Assembly: GCA_951406725.2 (NCBI GenBank)
Contig: OX597816.1
Span: forward strand, 29,822,001-29,886,000
Direction of reading: 5' to 3'
DNA: 64,000 bases
Source: Octopus vulgaris
Taxonomy: Eukaryota
This document shows, one piece after another, positions 54,197-64,000 of this stretch. The notes below the pieces were generated by a model. The model made no database searches, was not told where the DNA came from, and saw only the letters and a list, made by a program, of their open reading frames with translations. Each line of letters begins with the position of its first letter. Positions within the stretch are counted from its first letter, which is position 1. Both the position numbers and the translations under genes were made by a program.

Positions 54197-54920
54197 GTAA
54201 TTGGAAAATAGCTTCCTATTTTAAAATGCTTATAATTTATTTATTAACTATAATTTTTTTCTCAAATTTGTTGTGCATGTTCTTTAATGTATGGGAATTG
54301 ATTCCATGTTGTTTTTTGGTGTTTTTTTTTCAGATTGATTATTTTGTTTGAAATTTAGAAGCCCTACAAACATGGCTGGATGTTTTACTGTGCAGGAGCA
54401 TGCCCAGCTAGCTGCACATTACGATGTTTGGGGATCAGTTGTTCAAGTGCAAGGATGGTGGAGGACCATTAGAGGAAGACATACTTAAGTTGATGCAAAG
54501 ATAATCAAGAATTGCCATGCAAAATTCCTGACTACAGGATTTGTAGCTGAATCTTGAAGTGGTCGTCCTTCCAATTCATCAAGGTCTGGCCAGAAGCCCT
54601 AATTTAACACCCTGCGACTGTTTTCGTTGGGGTTGGTTAAAGGAGGAAGTCTTCTCTACCAAACCAATGACTTTGGAAGAACTTGAAGGGTGAATACGAG
54701 AAGTTATGTCTTTCATTTCACAAGAGTTCCTGATGAAATCAGTTGATGTGGTTCCCGAGCGGTTTCAGAAGCTGCTGGTGAATGCTGATGCCTATATCAA
54801 ATTTTAAATAAAATTCCATGCTATACACTTTCTTTACATATTCGTTTTTTCTAAAATAATTATAGTTAATAAATAAATTATAAGAATTTTAAGATAGGGA
54901 GTTACTTTTCTATCACCCTG
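54193..54920 (+). mobile_element. Internally deleted Tc1/mariner element
   Basis: ~65-bp imperfect TIRs beginning CAG in (TA)n; N-terminal HTH-like segment ending SGRP fused to SPNLTPCDCFRWGWLKEEV; catalytic middle missing. Confidence 0.85.
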
Positions 54921-55027
<107 letters not shown>

Positions 55028-55109
55028 ACAAATAAATATAATTGTACATATATATATATGAATATAAATACATATATTGATGCATATATATGTATACAAA
55101 TAAATGTAA

Positions 55110-55156
<47 letters not shown>

Positions 55157-55528
55157 TGCATATATATATGCATTTCACCAACATATACATATACTTCTAT
55201 ACATTAACACACATGTAAGAAGCTTACTCTCAACACATTAATTGTGGTTGTAAATATTTTATAAGTTGGTTAAGACCTGCATTGCATAACGTTTCTTAGG
55301 TGCGCACTTGAGAATCTACTACATACGTTGATGTAGAAATATATTCATACATGCAGAAGGTGCGACTCATCGTGGTTAGGTAAAAAGTGTTTTGATCAAA
55401 CGTTATGAGTTCGATTTCCGCTTCGTGCAATTTACTCTTTTTTGGAATAATCTATTTCATGTTGCTCCAGTCCACTCATCTGACTTCACCGATGTCAGTG
55501 AGTACGAATTTTATGGGTAGGTACTCAC

Positions 55529-55611
55529 AATGAAATCCCTGAGAGATGATGCAACCAGCAAATATGGTGATTCAGATAGAAGGACAAAGAGAACTTCTGT
55601 GTATTCACCAT
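55529..55611 (-). CDS. Candidate first coding exon
   Basis: Kozak-like ACCATGG, MVNTQKFSLSFYLNHHICWLHHLSGIS, strong donor TT|gtgagt (phase 2, compatible with exon 14656-14831); several upstream ATGs weaken the call. Confidence 0.3.
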
Positions 55612-55865
55612 GGTCTGGGTCGTCGTGGACAGAGCTATTTCAAATAACAGCGTATCACGAAATTGTGAAGTATGGTTAATTCAGTCATTCTAGATGCTGA
55701 AATAGCGACATCACGGCACAGTGAACCGATGTATTATCTATTTATCATCAATAGAGACCGCACCTTCAGGACAACTTTCATGTGTCTGAAGTACACAAGC
55801 AATTCTATAAACATTTGAGCCGATGCATTATGTTGATCATACTTCACCTTCAGGTCTGAGTGCTT

Positions 55866-55876
55866 TCTATATATAA
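55866..55876 (-). promoter_or_regulatory. Candidate TATA box downstream of a GAGA-rich tract
   Basis: Minus strand TTATATATAGA about 260 nt upstream of the 55611 ATG; GA-rich tract at 55903-56003. Confidence 0.25.
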
Positions 55877-56341
55877 GATGCTAAAGCCAGCGGTAACAAC
55901 ATCCCTCTCCCTTTCTTCCTCTCTCTCTGTCCCTCTCTCCTTTCCTCTTATTCTCTCTCTCTCTCTCTCTCTCTTTCTTTCTCTCTCTCTCTCTTTCTCC
56001 CTCCGTACAAATTCTTAGACGGAGAGAGATATCGGACAGATAACTTTGGTCCAATGGTACAACCTCTTTACAAAAGATTTGAGTTTGAGTTCTGCAGGCA
56101 ACCTTCGGCCTTTTCTATACAGAGGTTTATATTTTTTTAACCCAATCTTTAAACGCTATTATAGCTTTATCCGTTCCAGAAAGAATAATTTCACGTGGTC
56201 TCTCCATTCCTGAATTGTCAGGACATCAGCAATGTGTGTGTGTGCGTGTGTAAGTAGGGTGTGTATGGCATATCTATATCTATATATATATATATATATA
56301 TATATAAGCATATGTGTTGCATATATGTATATATCCATTTA

Positions 56342-56814
<473 letters not shown>

Positions 56815-57910
56815 CGTATATGTATATGCCAATTTATGGCATGAAAAACCCTGTGACCAGTCTTGAGCAATGAACATACGCTGAATCAGTATCTGAGAAA
56901 TTCGTTTCTTCTTCTAAAGTCCTTCCACTGTTGATTGAATGAGCATGCGCAACACAACATTTGAATGGCTACGGGATGTATCATTAATTGATTCCTCACA
57001 AATATAAACAATAACAATATAAAAAGATCACTTTTCTTTAATGCGTAAACAAAACTGTAGGTATAGTTGAAGGAGGCAGAGAGAAAAAAAAGTGTGTTTA
57101 CATGAGTGTGTGCATGCGTGTGTATGTGCATGTGGTTGTGCGTGCGGATGTATGTTTGTTCGTGTGTTTGTGTCTATATATGTGTGTGTGTGTTAGTGTG
57201 TATATGCATGCGTAAAGACATGCATATTCAAGCAAAATTTTAATTCAAAAGATACTTTTAAATAGAGAATGACTTCAATGACGAACATTAGAAAAACATA
57301 TTCATGCATAAAAATCTCTTTAAATATTCATATTCGTATCTTTATCCTTTTTAATAGCTGTTATTAGTTGCAGTACAACTGCTCAGAATGTAATGAGGAA
57401 CTGAGAATATAAATGAATCGAAATAAAAGCATGCGAAAAATATGTTGATGTATTTGTCTTCAAAGAATCACAAAATTCTTTTCGAAATGAAAATAATTAA
57501 TAAAAGACATTAGAATGTTTTATTTTAATGACCATATGTCTTGAAATATCAACGTAAACAGCATATCACACGGGAACTAGAAGTGAGTGCGTCGGCAAAT
57601 GTAGAATACTAATAGTTCGCTTAGTAGAATAAATTATATTGCTATCAGATGAGGAGTCTAACTTTTGAAGTATAACGAATTTTGTATAGTCTAGCCATTT
57701 ATTGCATAATAGGGTAGGATAACGAAATATATTTAAATATTGAAAAAGTTCGACATATTGAAAACTTCAAATTTATTACTCACAGTTCGTAGCTGGCAAC
57801 AGTGAATGATGATTTCTTGCTTTATTCTTTTTCAGAGCAAATATCACATTATATGAAATAATGTAACATGATATAATATAGTATAATATAATATAATATA
57901 ATATAATATA

Positions 57911-57966
<56 letters not shown>

Positions 57967-57973
57967 TATATAA

Positions 57974-58195
57974 AGTTAATCCAAACAAGAAAGCACAAAA
58001 AAAAACACAACAACGTGAGGACGTGGAACAAATATAGTATTATTGGACGCTCAGGAAAGAAGGAAAGAAGGAGGGTTTAACGTTTCAAGCGGAGCTCTTC
58101 GTCGGAAACGTAGGAGAAGGAATGATCCAGAGAAGGGAAGACAGAGGAAAAAAATCGCCAACGGTACACACACGGTCACATTTTGAATGCAATAT
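57974..58195 (-). mobile_element. Short PLE pLTR-like element with hammerhead-like motif (58075-58109)
   Basis: GUUU-CCGACGA-a-GAGC ucc GCUU-GAAACGU-U-AAAC; copy of 26735-26936. Confidence 0.6.
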
Positions 58196-58228
<33 letters not shown>

Positions 58229-58790
58229 CGAGCAAAACGCTCCCCGTCCAATGGACGGTGCTGAATCATATCTGCTGAATAAAAAGCAATCAGTGTTTTC
58301 TTTCCATTAGAAAAAATTAAACATGCCTTTATTTCAATAAAAGTTTTGGTTTTCTTAAACAAAGTTGAGGCAAAAAAAAAAAAATTCTTGAGAAACCAAA
58401 TAGTCTTTCCTTCCTTCATGCCAAGTTTAAAGAAAATATCTCTTTTGCATCTTACATTTTGGGGGCTCTTAAATATACTGCATTTTGTGGCATTATTTCA
58501 AGCCAGTCGGCTTTTTTGCGCAAACTGCACGTGCATTTTTCTCGCGTACGTGTAGTACCGATCGCAACAGCTGATGTACTTGCGCGTACAAATGCACGTT
58601 CCCACGGCTTTATCGATCGCATTCTCACCTGGAATTGATTTTTATTATTTTTTCAAAACTTATACACGCCCTGATACATTTGGTATCTACATATCAAATT
58701 TGAGCGCAATCGGATGGAGGATGCTCGAGATCCTAGAAGGCACACACACAGACAGACAGAATGGATTTTATATTATATTATATATATATA
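58229..58790 (-). mobile_element. Non-autonomous Helitron
   Basis: Hairpin CCGTCCAATGGACGG ~11 nt from a CTAG-like end (one mismatch); opposite end AAATTTGAGCGCAATCGG..CAGACAGACAG..TTTTATAT. Confidence 0.65.
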
Positions 58791-59534
58791 TTGGATTTTA
58801 GAAATTATTGTAATCACTCGTCTTTGTCTGCTTGTCTGTGTGTTTGCAAAAAAATGTGTATTATGTCTATTAATATGTGTGTGTACAGTGATGGATTCCA
58901 GTTTTCGTTTATTTATGAGTTAATTTCTTAATTTCACCTATAATGGTGAAACTTGAAAAGAGAAAATATTTCTTTTTAAATCGAACTTACAAAATTCCCG
59001 ATAAGCAAGTGACCATATTATTTATATCCTACAAGAAACTACAGTACGTTTGATTCGCCTACCATCATTGAAAGACGTTGAAAACACTTCTCAAATTCTA
59101 TGCAATATTTTCTATAATCGTGTAATTTTGTTCACTTTCTTTTTCATAATCATGATTATTATTTGAATAATCATTTATTTAGGAATATGTAAAATTTATT
59201 TATATGCGTTTGGCATAGACATCGATCAGGTCTACTTTTAACTGTCATCTACTTAGGCTTCTAATCCTCTTTTAGTCAAACATTTACAAAGCTTTATTTA
59301 CTTCAATTAAAAAGCATGGGTAAGCAACGCGTTGTAAACCACTCTATAATTTGCGAAAAAAATTATCTGCGCGCAAGGTATGCATCGCCTCTCCAATGAC
59401 TTTATCATCATCATCATCATCATCATCATAACACCACCATCATCATCATCATCACCACCACCACCATCATTATCATCATCATCGTCGTCGTCTTCATCGT
59501 CATCGTCATCATCTTCATCATCATCATCATCATC

Positions 59535-59795
59535 AGTATTATGTCCTAAACTCAGGATTGATCTTGTTGCTGCTAGAATTTATGTGGGTAGTGGGTTACT
59601 CTCAACAACTTTAGACATAATTTCAATTAGCCATCAAGTGCTCAAAATCCTTTTCATGACCTTCCCTGTTCTTGAGAGGCAAACCTTCTGTAGAAGCTCT
59701 ACAGCACACTACATTCCAAACTCCTTTATCCATTTATCTATTTCATCACTCACAGTCCTTAATGCACCACTTATCACTGGTACAAACTTTGAATA
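59535..59795 (-). mobile_element. RLE LINE 3' end next to a (CAT)n tract
   Basis: FVPVISGALRTV..LLQKVCLSRTGKVMKRILST* resembles the C-terminus at 61419-61658. Confidence 0.65.
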
Positions 59796-60039
59796 AAAGG
59801 TGATGAGCTGGCTTAGCGACATTTCGTCTATCTTTACGTTCTGAGTTCAAATTCCACCGATGTCGACTTCGCTTTTTATCCTTTCGAAGTCGGTAAATTA
59901 AGTAGCGGTGAAACACTGGAGTCGATCTATTCGACTATTCCCCTCCTCGAAATTACTGGCATTGTGCCAAAATCTGAAATCCTCCTCATCATCATCATCA
60001 ATATCATTATCATTATTATTGTTATTATTTTTACTTTTA

Positions 60040-60525
60040 ATGTGCACATTTGTCACAGTCACTTGCCGAGACACACTCAGCATCCTAGGACGAGTAAAGA
60101 ATAAGAGATGTTACAGTACGACTGAAAGCTTGGGGAGGGGAAGTAGTGAAATATCTTCGTGTACTATGAAACAGACATTTCAATGCATATGGTTTTCCTA
60201 AGGATGCGGGCAGTACCTGTCAGTACAGTTTTTGGGATTTCACTGAGCTGGCAGAAACGTTAGCACGCCGGGCGAAATTCTAAGCGGTATTTCGTCCGCC
60301 ATTACGTTGTGAGTTCAAATTCCGCCGAGGTCGACTTTGCCTTTCATCCTTTCGGGGTTGATAAATAAAGTACCAGTTACGCACTGGGGTCGATGTAATC
60401 GACTTAATCCGTTTGTCTATCCTTGTTTGTCCACTATGTTTAGTTCTTTGTGGGCAATAAAGTAATAGGATTTCACTGAAACATGGTTCTCCTGTGAGCT
60501 TATCTGGATGTTGCTGACACTCAGA
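60040..60525 (-). mobile_element. RLE LINE 3' end interrupted by a SINE
   Basis: EIPKTVLTGTARILRKTI; continues across the SINE TSD. Confidence 0.65.
60247..60467 (+). mobile_element. SINE family B
   Basis: 12-bp TSD GGATTTCACTGA at 60235-60246 and 60468-60479. Confidence 0.9.
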
Positions 60526-60539
60526 CTCACGAACGAATT

Positions 60540-61049
60540 AAATAACATCAGGTATGGTTTCAAAGTTTACAATACGACAACCAACCGTCTGTTTGCTGAA
60601 GCTGTTGGCAAGAAATGACGGAGAGCTTATAGGGTTGTTAACAACTGTTAAAGAAGTCAGCAATGGCATCGGGATGGACTCTAGCCTTGATAAGTGTGCT
60701 AAAGCAACTTTTGTTAGAGGCAAGCTAAGGCAAACAGCTTCCATTAAAATAGATACCGACGCTACTTTCAAGGAGCTTGACCCACAAGAAAATTACAAAT
60801 TCCTGGAGATAAACGAAGTAGATGGTATACTGTATGTTACCAGGAAGGAAAAAAATATTAAATAACATTACAGGAGAATAAGACTCATACTCAAAACTGC
60901 ACTCAACTCTAAAAATTGCATCGAAGCCATTAACACCCTGGCACTTCCAGTAGTCCAATATAGTTTTAATATCATTAACTGGAATCTTACAGAACTCCAA
61001 CACCTGGACAGGAAGACAAGAAAACTACTAATTTCTAAGAACGTGCAAC

Positions 61050-61052
<3 letters not shown>
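60540..61052 (+). mobile_element. R4/Dong-like RT fragment with YMDD deleted
   Basis: LKLLARND, IGMDSSLDKCAK..RGKL, YKFLEI, AINTLALPVVQYSFNIINW..LDRKTRK. Confidence 0.85.
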
Positions 61053-63152
<2,100 letters not shown>

Positions 63153-63219
63153 TATTATTATTATTATTATCATTATTATTATTATCATTATTATTATTAT
63201 TATCATTATCATTATTATC

Positions 63220-63252
<33 letters not shown>

Positions 63253-63806
63253 GAGTGAGCGAGCAGAGCATGCCATCAAAGTGACACTGGGGTAAAATAT
63301 ACGAAGCCCAGTATACCCATCATGACTACCCGTCTGATAAGGGTACACCAGGCACATGCATCACAACCATATGTGCGCGACATGGTGATCTCATATCAAG
63401 ATAAACAGCACATGACCTTGCAGGTGGAGCCCAGTTAGAATTTTCTTCAGATCGAGTAACCCATCCCGCTCAAAAGGTCCCTGAATAAGGGTTGTTTAAG
63501 GACGTTGAACGAAACACCCATGTTTCCAGAGGTGAATTATTCAAACCCCAAAGAATCCTTCTCAACACATGGCTATGATGCTCCCCCACTACTTCTACTC
63601 GTGATCAGAGATGCACATATCGTCAGCCACTAAGGGACATGCTCAACTGGTTAAGGTCAAACAACTGACAAGCAAATCTGTGGTATTGAGCAGAATATTT
63701 GCTGTAGCCCATCTTTTATACCAAGACAAAACAATGTACATGATAACACTTCCAATCAGTTAAGATCAGAAGCCATGAGAGCCACTGCCTGGTACTGCAT
63801 CAGGGC

Positions 63807-63807
<1 letters not shown>
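63253..63807. mobile_element. ~555-bp non-coding insert with precise (TAA)n boundaries
   Basis: Complex, GC-richer block embedded cleanly in TAA repeats; no ORF, TIR or tRNA head recognised. Confidence 0.55.
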
Positions 63808-63887
<80 letters not shown>

Positions 63888-63928
63888 CATCATTATAATT
63901 ATTATTATCATCATTATTATTATTATTA

Positions 63929-63992
<64 letters not shown>

Positions 63993-64000
63993 CATTATTA

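Overview
AT-rich, microsatellite-saturated eukaryotic DNA, most likely from an octopus (coleoid cephalopod), judged from the tRNA-derived SINE families and repeat landscape. No intact multi-domain host gene is visible. Two phase-compatible minus-strand exons (14656-14831, 12507-12646) and a possible first exon with TATA and Kozak signals (55529-55611) suggest an orphan gene with very large introns. The rest is mostly decayed transposons: a near-complete mariner, maT/Tc1 derivatives and MITEs, two Helitron helicase remnants and three non-autonomous Helitrons, a Neptune-type Penelope-like element (PLE) plus PLE fragments, at least six R4/Dong-type RLE LINE pieces (the largest inside TAA repeats), an APE-type LINE, and about 20 SINEs. 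The most notable signal is about ten type I hammerhead-ribozyme motifs read directly from the sequence. Three carry the compensatory U3-A8 core. Several sit as outward-facing pairs on the two arms of long fold-back elements (50388-51138, 44345-45030, probably 9500-10160). Most ORFs in the supplied track are microsatellite artefacts. All calls are by eye; no searches were run.
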